NCBI GenBank assembly: GCA_049970095.1
Contig: JBMFNP010000003.1
Location: 3,254-67,253 of the forward strand
Direction: 5' to 3'
Source of the DNA: Thermoplasmata archaeon
GTDB lineage: Archaea; Thermoplasmatota; Thermoplasmata; Lutacidiplasmatales; SKW197
Length of the DNA: 64,000 bases
Position numbers and translations under genes: made by a program. Shown here one piece after another: positions 33,947 through 43,263 of the stretch. The notes beneath the pieces were generated by a model. The model worked only from the letters and a program-made list of their open reading frames with translations, was not told where the DNA came from and searched no databases. Within the stretch, counting starts at the first letter, position 1. Every line of letters begins with the position of its first letter.

Positions 33947-34722
33947 GTCCACTTGAAGAATGCCCATTTTGCGGTGCAGATGTCCCAAAGAAAAGAAGTA
34001 CAATTTACTTAAAGTACTCTGCATTGGCAATAGCAGTAGTAGGCACCCTGCTTCTCATTCCCTGGGCCATGTACACGGAAACCCCTGTAATAAAAGTAAG
34101 AGATATATCACCGAGCTACAACAATGCTGTAATAAAGGTAAGAGGAATTGTGCCAGATACTCCATCATACTATGACAATCCCACAGGTAAGGCATTTTAT
34201 TTCTCAGTGGATGACGGCACAGGAATAATGCCTGTGAAAATCTATGATGATGTTGTAAGGGATATGCTTGCACAGAACTCCCCTTCACATCCTGTAATAC
34301 CCGCATTTGGTGATAAGGTGGAGATTGCTGGTAGCCTCCAGTACAGAAGCAATGATTTCTACTTGATTGTGAACCATATTAGTCAGATAAAAGTGATAAG
34401 AAGTGAGGCTGGAGAAGTTACCATAAAGGAGATTCTCGCATATACAAAAGAAAACGAAAGTGCAAGGGTGAAAGTAAGGGGCAATGTCACAGCCATCCGT
34501 GAGTATGCTTTTGCATACGACTATTTGATTCAGGATGCACAGGGTTATAGAATAGATGTGTTTGTACCCAAATCGCTCTCAAATCTAACAGGAATGCTGC
34601 CAGAAATCCATGAAAAAAATGAAATCGTTGTGAGTGGTGCACTGAAGTATTATGTTTCCGGGAACACTGGCAAGTGGGAAATTATCCCATCAGCCTCCTG
34701 GGAAATAGAGGTGTTGCAATGA
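33886..34722 (+). CDS. zinc-ribbon / single-TM / two OB-fold-like domains protein (paralog A)
   Basis: The Zn ribbon is 'CPHCKRFVGPLEECPFCG', followed by a TM helix. The OB-like domains are 'VIKVRGIVPDTPSYYDNPTGKAFYFSVDDGTGIMPVKIYDD' and 'ARVKVRGNVTAIREYAFAYDYLIQDAQGYRIDVFV'. The same module is seen in the upstream giant protein. Confidence 0.5.
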   Translation: MEGKQNGAEFTHCPHCKRFVGPLEECPFCGADVPKKRSTIYLKYSALAIAVVGTLLLIPWAMYTETPVIKVRDISPSYNNAVIKVRGIVPDTPSYYDNPTGKAFYFSVDDGTGIMPVKIYDDVVRDMLAQNSPSHPVIPAFGDKVEIAGSLQYRSNDFYLIVNHISQIKVIRSEAGEVTIKEILAYTKENESARVKVRGNVTAIREYAFAYDYLIQDAQGYRIDVFVPKSLSNLTGMLPEIHEKNEIVVSGALKYYVSGNTGKWEIIPSASWEIEVLQ

Positions 34723-35750
34723 ATGGAACGCTGCCGAGATTCAGTGAAAAACACGTCTTTGTTGTGTGCGCAGTGCTCCTGCTGCTCGGTGCAGTATTTG
34801 TTGCACTTGCCTATACATCTGAAACACCAGTTACGAAAATAGGTGAGATTACCGAAGAGATGAGTTTTTCTCATATCAAAGTAAGGGGCAGGGTAAGTGA
34901 TTTTCCCTCATATACTACAGACAAGTACGAACAGCGCTCTACAATAAAATTTCCTGTTAATGACGGCACAGGCACAATAACTGTCAAACTGGTAGATGCA
35001 GTTACCGATACACTTCTGAAAACTGGAGAGATACCAGGCTATGGACAGACAGTTGAAATTGAAGGAAAACTGAGCGTTTCAGAGTATTCTAAATCTCTTT
35101 CAGTGCTCAACCCGCTTTTCGTTAAAATTCTCACAAAAGAGGAAGACTATGAAAATATCTCAGATCTTTCCATGCTCAACAGCATTGCTACAGAGTCCAA
35201 ACTTGTAAAGGTGAGTGGTAGTGTTAAATCGTTTTCTAATTTAGGGTTTGCTTACAGTATGAATATAACAGACGGAAAAGGAGAAGTGAATGTATTTTTC
35301 CAGACTACTTTTGCTTTCATCTCAAGCCAGAATCCCTACGAACTCAAAGGTGCAAATGTTACTGTAAGAGGGGCGCTTAAATGGTACGCTCAGAAAAATT
35401 ACTGGGAGATTCTTCCAACCACATGGAAAGATATACAGATATGGAATACCAGTGTAATCAAATACAATCTCACAACAATCACTCAACTGCTTTCTCAGCC
35501 CTCTAACTATCTTAACCAGCCATTCAGAATAGAAAATGTATGTGTGCTTTCTGCAGGACAGTATAATCTTACAGTGAGTGATGGAAATGCCACCCTGCTT
35601 GTTTATTCTAAGATTCCAATCAGTTATTGGGGGAATATAAAGGAAGGGAGCATTGTGATTGTCCAGGGAAAGTTTGTTCTCTATGGAAGCGTCTATGAGT
35701 TAAAGGTAGGTGAGATGTTCAGCGATTATATTTTGGGGGTGAATGCATGA
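34719..35750 (+). CDS. TM-anchored protein with OB-fold-like domains (paralog B of 33886..34722)
   Basis: The start ATG overlaps the upstream stop (ATGA). The OB-like segment is 'HIKVRGRVSDFPSYTTDKYEQRSTIKFPVNDGTGTITVKLVD'. The C-terminal half repeats the module pattern. Confidence 0.5.
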   Translation: MNGTLPRFSEKHVFVVCAVLLLLGAVFVALAYTSETPVTKIGEITEEMSFSHIKVRGRVSDFPSYTTDKYEQRSTIKFPVNDGTGTITVKLVDAVTDTLLKTGEIPGYGQTVEIEGKLSVSEYSKSLSVLNPLFVKILTKEEDYENISDLSMLNSIATESKLVKVSGSVKSFSNLGFAYSMNITDGKGEVNVFFQTTFAFISSQNPYELKGANVTVRGALKWYAQKNYWEILPTTWKDIQIWNTSVIKYNLTTITQLLSQPSNYLNQPFRIENVCVLSAGQYNLTVSDGNATLLVYSKIPISYWGNIKEGSIVIVQGKFVLYGSVYELKVGEMFSDYILGVNA

Positions 35751-37081
35751 TAGATATAGGAATTACAATCTTTTACATTGGCTTCGCAATTCTCGGGGTG
35801 CTTGTCTCTGCAGTGCTCTGTTTGGTACCTGGATTGCATGTTTACAATGTTATGGGTTTTGCATTTTTAATCTATTTTGCATTTCTGAGCGAAATCCAGG
35901 ATCATATGTATTTCATAATGTTTCTGGTAGGGCTTGTTGTCGGATACTCAATTCTTTTCACAATTCCCACAATATACCTCAGTGCACCTGATGATTCTAC
36001 AGTATGGATAATGTACCCAAGCCAGAAATATCTTATGAACGGAAGGGGACATGAGGCTGTGCTTCTTACAACAGCAGGTGCAATTGTGGGCGTGTTAATC
36101 ATGCTGATTGCAATTCCTTTGTTCATGGAACAACTCAAGCTTATCAGGGAAATAATCAAGCCACATATGTTCTGGATTGTGGGTGCAGTTGTGATGTTTA
36201 TCCTTCTTTCAGAATTTCCCAAGGATTTTGATAGAGGTAAGTCTCCGCTGAAAAAACTGTGGGTGGGCTGGAGTACTATTCTTGCTGGCTATCTGACATT
36301 CCTGCTTTCCAGCATACTCGGGATAATCATATTCAACAAAACAATTGTTCCCGCAGATAGAGCATTCCAGACACTCGGTGCAGTGTTCATAGGAATGTTT
36401 GCAGCCTCAAGTTTGCTTGTGGCAATTTTCTCACATAAAAAAATCCCGGAACAAACAATTTCAAGGAGTGTGGAGGTAAAAAAGGAAGAAATCTTCCGGG
36501 GAGGTGTGGGTGGCACACTTGGGGGTTTATTTGCAGCATTTATTCCTGCAGTTACTGCAGGTGTGGGTGCCCTCCTTGCAGGGCATGCTACTGCTTCCAA
36601 AGGTGAGAGAACTTTCATTATTTCTCAGGGGTCCAATAGAGTACTTTATTTTGTTGGTGCAATCGTTTTATTTTTCACTGCCATTGGAATGCGTAAAGGT
36701 GCGCTTACCATCGGAATGAACCTGTTTTACACACCAGAGACACTCTCGGATCTTTATCTTGTGCTTGCAGGTATTGCAATTGCATCTGCACTTTCCCTCA
36801 TACTCATACTCCTTATGTCTAGAGGTGTTCTTTCTCTCATCCAGAAAGTAAGATACCAAACACTCTCACTCATTGCCCTGATTTGCGTCACGCTCATTGT
36901 GTTCCTCATGCTGAGCTGGCAGGGACTGGTAATTTATGCAATCTCCACTGCTATCGGACTTCTCCCTGTTCTTTTCCATTCCCGAAGAATGAACTGTCTT
37001 GCAGTAATCCTTGTCCCAATATGGCTGAATATGTCTGGCATCGGTGGAGATATTGCTGCAGGGCTTGGATTGTTTTCATGA
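35747..37081 (+). CDS. polytopic membrane protein, TctA/DUF112-like permease
   Basis: There are more than 10 TM helices. The N-terminal segment 'ILGVLVSAVLCLVPGLHVYNVMGFAFL' and the later 'GGVGGTLGGLFAAFIPAVTAGVGALLAG' resemble the duplicated G-x3-G...PG motifs of TctA. The ATGA overlap with the upstream gene indicates coupling. Confidence 0.45.
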   Translation: MIDIGITIFYIGFAILGVLVSAVLCLVPGLHVYNVMGFAFLIYFAFLSEIQDHMYFIMFLVGLVVGYSILFTIPTIYLSAPDDSTVWIMYPSQKYLMNGRGHEAVLLTTAGAIVGVLIMLIAIPLFMEQLKLIREIIKPHMFWIVGAVVMFILLSEFPKDFDRGKSPLKKLWVGWSTILAGYLTFLLSSILGIIIFNKTIVPADRAFQTLGAVFIGMFAASSLLVAIFSHKKIPEQTISRSVEVKKEEIFRGGVGGTLGGLFAAFIPAVTAGVGALLAGHATASKGERTFIISQGSNRVLYFVGAIVLFFTAIGMRKGALTIGMNLFYTPETLSDLYLVLAGIAIASALSLILILLMSRGVLSLIQKVRYQTLSLIALICVTLIVFLMLSWQGLVIYAISTAIGLLPVLFHSRRMNCLAVILVPIWLNMSGIGGDIAAGLGLFS

Positions 37082-37086
37082 ACAAA

Positions 37087-37965
37087 TTACATTCTCCAGC
37101 CATCCAGAAAAAGGAGAAAGAGCGCACTTACAATTAAATCTGCAGTAGTGCCGGGATTTACCATGTCCTCCCTCAATTTTCTGAAAAGATTTTCTACTTG
37201 CGGGTGTGCAGCAGATTGAGCGGTTAGTGCATATCCAGATGCATAAAGCTCAGAGGCATAATTTTTCAGCCAGAGGGCATAGTCCAATCCTTTTTTACCC
37301 ACAACAAGGTTGTCCAAATACTCTGAGAGTGCATAAAAAAATCCATGAAGCACAGTCCTTTCAACCCCTTTATCCTCATGCTCTCTGATCACCCTTGCAA
37401 TTTTCTGGCTCAATTCAAACTTCTGCGTGTATTCATGGCAGATGGCATTCACATTCACTCCTGCAAGCATCCATGCGTACAGCGGAACTTTCTCCTTGCG
37501 CACCACGCTCTCAATTTCCAGGGATTTCACATTTAACCTGCCTTCAATGTCTGGTAGGCTCCCAACATCTGTCATCCGAATTGCCTTTACATAATTAAAT
37601 GTGTCTTTCCAGCTTGCGTTCTTTATTTCATGCTGTACCTTATCAAAATCAATTCTTCCGTTATTTCTGTATGCGTTTTTCAGCAGGGGCACAAGGAGGA
37701 TTATTGTGCCAAGATGGGTGTTCCCGCCTCGCTGTGCAGAGAGCATTATTTTTACCCCTTCAAGCACCGCTTTTCCAAGAGGATAACGGGCTGCAAGTGA
37801 GGGCAGAGAAGCACCAAGTTCTATGCCAGATATCAGAAAATCCTCAAATTTCTGTGTAGGAAAATCCATTACCCTTGAGACATTACCTGGCTTTGGAACT
37901 GTGCACTCAATAACCATTGCTTTTGTGACAGCAATTTCCAGTTTTTTCAAAACCTTATTTTTCAT
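37087..37965 (-). CDS. CitG/MdcB-family triphosphoribosyl-dephospho-CoA synthase homolog
   Basis: 'VPKPGNVSR' matches E. coli CitG 'SPKPGLVDR'. 'GGNTHLGTIILLVPLL' matches 'GVNTHKGSIFSLGLL'. The C-terminal 'GTTADLIVSALFL' matches 'GGSADLLILTWFL'. Confidence 0.7.
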   Translation of the reverse strand: MKNKVLKKLEIAVTKAMVIECTVPKPGNVSRVMDFPTQKFEDFLISGIELGASLPSLAARYPLGKAVLEGVKIMLSAQRGGNTHLGTIILLVPLLKNAYRNNGRIDFDKVQHEIKNASWKDTFNYVKAIRMTDVGSLPDIEGRLNVKSLEIESVVRKEKVPLYAWMLAGVNVNAICHEYTQKFELSQKIARVIREHEDKGVERTVLHGFFYALSEYLDNLVVGKKGLDYALWLKNYASELYASGYALTAQSAAHPQVENLFRKLREDMVNPGTTADLIVSALFLLFLDGWRM

Positions 37966-38390
37966 GCGACTTCTATACCAGAACCCTGCTTCTGTTGAAC
38001 AGGTTTCTTTCCAAACTGGACTGTAGGCAGAGGAATGGGTGATGGAAGTTTCAAATCCCTTGCCAGAAGTACAGATTCAGGAATGCAGTTAAGCATTACC
38101 ACAGTGTGAATTTCAGAAGCAACTTCATTTGGAAGATTTCCTGTCTTTGCCCACAGCTCGCTCACCTCTTTCGCATTGCACTCGTAGAGAATTTTGCCTT
38201 CTATTTTTATAACTCCGATGCCAACAAAATTTGCAGTGAACCTGAAATCAAAATTTGCCTCTTTTTCAGAAACAGGGGTGATCATTGTAACTGTGCTGTT
38301 ATGGTCCACACGAATATTCTGAAACTTCTCGCCCAGATTTGCAAACCTCTTTGCCTCAATTGAAACCAGTTCAAAGTTTTTTATGCCCAT
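37962..38390 (-). CDS. hypothetical protein (142 aa)
   Basis: It has consistent coding composition, overlaps the CitG-like gene by 4 nt and lies 3 nt from the upstream gene. No recognisable motif was found. Confidence 0.4.
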   Translation of the reverse strand: MGIKNFELVSIEAKRFANLGEKFQNIRVDHNSTVTMITPVSEKEANFDFRFTANFVGIGVIKIEGKILYECNAKEVSELWAKTGNLPNEVASEIHTVVMLNCIPESVLLARDLKLPSPIPLPTVQFGKKPVQQKQGSGIEVA

Positions 38391-38392
38391 AT

Positions 38393-41137
38393 TTACACCT
38401 TATACCTTCCATGCCTATAGAACTTTCGGAAAACACTAACTGCGATTGCAACAGGTATAAGGAGGTAGATCTCATGGAATTCTTCGAATACCTGTGCACA
38501 GAAAGCCACATCGGTAACTGTTGAATAAATTGCTGTGAAATTTTTTATAGAGGCTGTAAGTTGGATGGCACAGTTGTCTCCATTAGTTGCATTGGGCGGA
38601 ACTATCAATCTGATGTAAATTGTGGCCGTGCTCTGCGCAGGGATGAATATATCAGTTATCTGGGTTCCATTTCCATCCACAACTGCAGCATGCCAGTTTG
38701 AAATATTTGTAGTCACATTTACCGCTACGAACTCATCTGTGTATCCAGAATTCGTGAGATTGTGGGGGATAAGCACCGTGGTATCCGGGAGCACCACAAC
38801 ATTTCTAGACCCGTCAATGCTAACATTCTTCACTGGGCATACAAGAATATTTTCTGCTGAACCCGATAGGCTTTCCACTGTCACATAAGCCACAGTGTAC
38901 CCTGCGTACCGATTATAGGATATCGGAAGAAGAGTATTTCTTGTTAATGAGTATGCCATGTATTCTGGATATGCATTTGAGAGCACAAACTTAAGGCGCA
39001 CATATGGAAGTGTGCACCCGTTATTAACAATAGTTGCCTGATTTTCTGACCTTGTTCCATCATTGGGTGCGCTGTAACTGATGTTTATATTTAAAAGATC
39101 TTCACGAATAAATGCGCGCCCAAGGATCTGACTGTTATTCACATGTACCATCACAAAACCATAATATGGAAAGTACCATTTATCAAGGGTACCACCTGCA
39201 TTTCCCGCCATAATGCATGGTAATCCTGGATTTGCGGTGGAGACTACATCGGAAGATGTCGCTGTGAGATTGTACACCACATAGTCATGAATGTGTCCGG
39301 AGTGCACCAGCGATACCTTTCCATACAACATATTGTAGATCTCAAGTGCATTTGAACGATTCAGAAAGGTTTCATTCACTGTCCACTCGGGGTCTGCATC
39401 TGGTGGAAGGGCAAGGGAGTGATGCATTACAACTACTGTATTTGGCTTGGTATTAGCATTGAGGTCACTGTTGAGCCAGTTTTTTTGATTCCCGTAGATA
39501 TAGCCCCCATACATCCCTGTGCTACCCACAAACCACCAGGAATCCTGATCCTCGTATGTGTCCAGCATAATGAAATGTGAGTTTCCATAATCAAAGGAGT
39601 AATAGAGTGGTGAAACCCATTCTTTGTAGAGCGATTCTCCCATTCCCTGAGTGTGTGCTCTGGATACATCATGGTTACCCACAGCGGTTGCAAGAAAATT
39701 TTGCACATAACCAAGCGCCTCAAGCAATTCGCCAAACTCATAGTCATTCACTGGAGAAGTATAACCAGTTCCATACATGTAATCTTCATCCATGGTTCCC
39801 AACCCATCCACATAATCCCCGGCATGCAAAATCAATGGAGGATTTACAACATTTGTGAGGTTAATAATGTTCAGAAAATGTGTTGACTGTTCCACAGTTC
39901 CACCTGGTGGAATTTTGAATGGTGGCTGAGAATCGCTCATAAACACATACCAGTAATCCGAGGGGACATACCAGGGCAGTATTCTTACAACCATTGTTTC
40001 TGAGGGAAGAAGTTCTATCTTCAGGAGCACAGTGTTCCTCCCAGTCGAAACAATTTCTGCATTTTCATAAACAAACATATCTGGCTCAATATTTCTCACA
40101 GCTAGAAATGCAGCTCCTCCACTTGTTTTAGTGTTTGTGAGAAAAATTGTTCCATCCATGCCAATCATTCTGCACATCAGGAAGTTTGCCCCCCGTCCCA
40201 TAAGCTCAATACTTCTAGTGGTTCCAGTAGTGATATTTTCAGCAGGATGCACATTATGGACAGAGGTATTGAATCCTATTTCAATGTAGCCAGAGGTGTT
40301 TGAGCATCCAATGTAAACATGATAAGTGCCAGAAAGGGCATAGAAGGATGTCTCCCAGAAACCCGTGAAATTGTTTGAGGCAAATGTCTGCATCTGGTTG
40401 TAAATTACTACAGAAACATACAGACCATCGGAGGCATGAAAATTGAATGAAAGTTGCTGGTTCATCGTGTTTTCAAAACTGTAATCTTTAATTCTGTTCT
40501 TGAACATACTCTTCAGGATTCCATCAATATACACATATTCTCCATTGAGGTAAGAAATCTCCACATTCCCCAGGACAGGGTTCTGAATTTTCTCTGCGTC
40601 TATATAGAATGCCAGTTTTCCCCAATCTGCAGAAGAATCCCCGCAAGCTAATGTGGTGTTTGTATCTCCAAACCATGACTTTGTTATGAGATTATACCAG
40701 ATGTCGAGGACGGTGCCAGTGTTCGGATCAATGTCAATTTCGTCATCTCTGAGTGTAAATCCTGTATCATCATCCCATGCCTCGATTCTTACAAGAATTA
40801 CTGGGTTTTTAGGTGTAAGTGTGAATGTGCAATTCAGATTAAGATAAATCTCATCCACGCCCTCATACACTCCTGTTCTAAATGCCTGTTCCTCAACATG
40901 CACTATGAAGTATGGGTCTGGGTCACCCGCAATCCACGGGTCAAGATCTGGATCGCAGATAAAATAATTTAGATGCACAGTAACTATGTATGTGTCCATA
41001 ATCTGAGGATATGCACTTCTTTGAGGTGATTCTGAAAACACCTTGGGAGATTCTCCCCATTGGGTAGCACTGGGTATAGGCAAACATATCAAAACCAGAA
41101 TTAGCACAGCACCCGCAAAAAACTTCTGAGCAATCAT
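38393..41137 (-). CDS. large secreted calcineurin-like metallophosphoesterase-domain protein (purple-acid-phosphatase-like core) with C-terminal TM anchor
   Basis: There is a signal peptide ('MIAQKFFAGAVLILVLICLPIPSA'). The phosphoesterase motifs are 'GDYVDG', 'AVGNHD', 'VVVMHHS' and 'SGHIHDY'. The C-terminal TM is 'IYLLIPVAIAVSVF'. Confidence 0.65.
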   Translation of the reverse strand: MIAQKFFAGAVLILVLICLPIPSATQWGESPKVFSESPQRSAYPQIMDTYIVTVHLNYFICDPDLDPWIAGDPDPYFIVHVEEQAFRTGVYEGVDEIYLNLNCTFTLTPKNPVILVRIEAWDDDTGFTLRDDEIDIDPNTGTVLDIWYNLITKSWFGDTNTTLACGDSSADWGKLAFYIDAEKIQNPVLGNVEISYLNGEYVYIDGILKSMFKNRIKDYSFENTMNQQLSFNFHASDGLYVSVVIYNQMQTFASNNFTGFWETSFYALSGTYHVYIGCSNTSGYIEIGFNTSVHNVHPAENITTGTTRSIELMGRGANFLMCRMIGMDGTIFLTNTKTSGGAAFLAVRNIEPDMFVYENAEIVSTGRNTVLLKIELLPSETMVVRILPWYVPSDYWYVFMSDSQPPFKIPPGGTVEQSTHFLNIINLTNVVNPPLILHAGDYVDGLGTMDEDYMYGTGYTSPVNDYEFGELLEALGYVQNFLATAVGNHDVSRAHTQGMGESLYKEWVSPLYYSFDYGNSHFIMLDTYEDQDSWWFVGSTGMYGGYIYGNQKNWLNSDLNANTKPNTVVVMHHSLALPPDADPEWTVNETFLNRSNALEIYNMLYGKVSLVHSGHIHDYVVYNLTATSSDVVSTANPGLPCIMAGNAGGTLDKWYFPYYGFVMVHVNNSQILGRAFIREDLLNINISYSAPNDGTRSENQATIVNNGCTLPYVRLKFVLSNAYPEYMAYSLTRNTLLPISYNRYAGYTVAYVTVESLSGSAENILVCPVKNVSIDGSRNVVVLPDTTVLIPHNLTNSGYTDEFVAVNVTTNISNWHAAVVDGNGTQITDIFIPAQSTATIYIRLIVPPNATNGDNCAIQLTASIKNFTAIYSTVTDVAFCAQVFEEFHEIYLLIPVAIAVSVFRKFYRHGRYKV

Positions 41138-41159
41138 ATTAAATTGTATAGTTCAGGAA

Positions 41160-41864
41160 TTATATTAAGATTACTCTCGCATCAATGGCATAAAGTTCTC
41201 CCTTTGCAGACATTATTGGATTTATATCCATCTCTGCAACTTCTGGATTTGCATCCACAAAATCCGAGATCTTCATTATGTAATCCACAACTTTTTTCTT
41301 ATCAACTGGTTCAAAACCACGGGCACCCTCAATTATGCTTATCCCCTTTATCTCATGGATCATTTCCCAGGCATCCACGCGCTCAAGTGGAATTATTCTG
41401 AAGGAAACATCTCTGTAAATTTCTACCCAGATGCCACCAAGCCCGAACATGAGCATGGGGCCAAATTGTTCATCTCTTGTCACACCTATAACCAGTTCTG
41501 TGCCCCTGAGCATCTCCTCTATGCTCACACCCAGGACTCTGGCATTTCCTGCAACCTTTTTTACATTTTCCATCATCTGTTCATAGGCATGCACAATGTC
41601 CAGTTCGCTCTGCAAATAGAGTTTAACTCCCCCAACCTCTGTTTTATGCACAATGTCTGGTGAAACAATTTTCATAGCCACTGGATAGCCAATTTTTCTT
41701 GCAAGTTGAATCGCTTCCTCAAGATTTCTGGCAAACCCGTAGGCATTGAATCTTATTCCTATATTTTCAAGAACTGCTCTGGCTTCATCAAGGGAAAGCA
41801 CCTTTCTTCCTTCGCCTCTTACCCTTGAAAAAACCTCTTTTGCCACTGAGTAATCTACTCCCAT
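41160..41864 (-). CDS. acdB: acetyl-CoA synthetase (ADP-forming) beta subunit, ATP-grasp
   Basis: It is 234 aa, ATP-grasp-like ('GYPVAMKIVSPDIVHKTEVGGVKL') and overlaps the alpha subunit gene. Confidence 0.75.
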   Translation of the reverse strand: MGVDYSVAKEVFSRVRGEGRKVLSLDEARAVLENIGIRFNAYGFARNLEEAIQLARKIGYPVAMKIVSPDIVHKTEVGGVKLYLQSELDIVHAYEQMMENVKKVAGNARVLGVSIEEMLRGTELVIGVTRDEQFGPMLMFGLGGIWVEIYRDVSFRIIPLERVDAWEMIHEIKGISIIEGARGFEPVDKKKVVDYIMKISDFVDANPEVAEMDINPIMSAKGELYAIDARVILI

Positions 41865-43261
41865 ATCCGTTCCCTCCTCAGAATTCTGCTGCGATGCACA
41901 AGCGCATGCATTCCCAATACTGCATCCTCTGGAAATGACATCTCAGGTATCCCTTGCTCCTCCACATAGTTTTCTGCAGGATTTGAAATCATGCCTACAA
42001 AAGATGCAAGCACTGGCTTCGTTGTTCCCTTTGCCGCCTCCACAATTCTTTTTGCCAGTGTCTCAGGGTCAGTCATTGCCTGGGGTGCGGTTATCACAAT
42101 CAACCCTGAGACCTCCTCTGCATCTAGTAATACTCTTATTGCATCTGCGTACCTATCTGGGCTGGCATCACCGAGAATATCCACAGGGTTTCTGTGCGAC
42201 CATTCTGGAGGACATACACGATTCAGTTCATTAATAGTTTTATCAGAGAGTTTGGCAAGTGGGAGCCCGAGGTCACTGGCTGCATCTGTAGCAACCACCC
42301 CTGGACCACCAGAATTGGTAACAATTGCAATCCCTCCCTCACCAGGTGGTGGCTGGTAGGCGAGCGCCCTTGCAGCATCAAATAACTCGCTCATTGTTCT
42401 TGCACGATATATTCCTGTCTGGCGAAACATTGCCTCATACGCAATATCATTTCCAGCAATGCTTCCTGTATGGGATTTTGCTGCACTCCTGCCAATTTCT
42501 GTTCTCCCAGATTTCAATGCAACCATAGGAATTTTCTTGCAAACTTCTCTCGCCACTCTCAGGAATTTTCTGGCATCTTTGAGGGCTTCTATATACATTG
42601 CAATACATTTTGTGTTTTCATCTTCAGCGTAATACTCAATAATGTCTGCATCATCTATATCTGACTTGTTGCCTATGCTCACAAAATTAGAAAAGCCAAA
42701 GTGCTCCTCAAGGGAATACTGAATCACAGATGCACAGAATGCACCACTCTGGGAGATAAATGAGATAGGGCCCTTGAGAGGCATTGCCCTTGCAAATGTG
42801 GTATTCAAATCCTCGTACAAACTGTATATTCCAAGACAGTTGGGACCGAGAATTCGCATTCCATAACTTCTTGCAGTTTTTACCATCATTTCCTCAACTT
42901 TCTTTCCCTCCTCTCCTGTTTCCCCAAAACCAGCTGAGATTATGATTGCAGTTTTCACACCTTTTTTTCCACATTCCTCAATAATGCCTGGCACAACCTT
43001 TGCAGGCACTGCAATCACCGCAAGGTCAACCTCATCAGGAATGGAAAGCACGCTTGGATAGGATTTGAGATTGAATATAGAATCCTCATTTGGATTAACT
43101 GGATAGATCTTACCTTTGTATCCCAGAGTACGGTCTCTTCGCAAGCAATCTCCATACAGCACATTTGCAATCACCGCATGCCCCACTTTCCAGAGTTTGT
43201 TCGAAGCCCCAATAATTGCAATGCTTTTCGGATGGAACATTGCCCTGATATTTTCGTCCAT
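41855..43261 (-). CDS. acdA: acetyl-CoA synthetase (ADP-forming) alpha subunit (CoA-binding plus ligase-CoA domains)
   Basis: 'MFHPKSIAIIGASNKLWKVGHAV' is an NDP-forming acyl-CoA synthetase N-terminus. The phospho-His loop region is 'SGRTEIGRSAAKSHTGSIAG'. Confidence 0.8.
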   Translation of the reverse strand: MDENIRAMFHPKSIAIIGASNKLWKVGHAVIANVLYGDCLRRDRTLGYKGKIYPVNPNEDSIFNLKSYPSVLSIPDEVDLAVIAVPAKVVPGIIEECGKKGVKTAIIISAGFGETGEEGKKVEEMMVKTARSYGMRILGPNCLGIYSLYEDLNTTFARAMPLKGPISFISQSGAFCASVIQYSLEEHFGFSNFVSIGNKSDIDDADIIEYYAEDENTKCIAMYIEALKDARKFLRVAREVCKKIPMVALKSGRTEIGRSAAKSHTGSIAGNDIAYEAMFRQTGIYRARTMSELFDAARALAYQPPPGEGGIAIVTNSGGPGVVATDAASDLGLPLAKLSDKTINELNRVCPPEWSHRNPVDILGDASPDRYADAIRVLLDAEEVSGLIVITAPQAMTDPETLAKRIVEAAKGTTKPVLASFVGMISNPAENYVEEQGIPEMSFPEDAVLGMHALVHRSRILRRERIWE

Positions 43262-43263
43262 AT

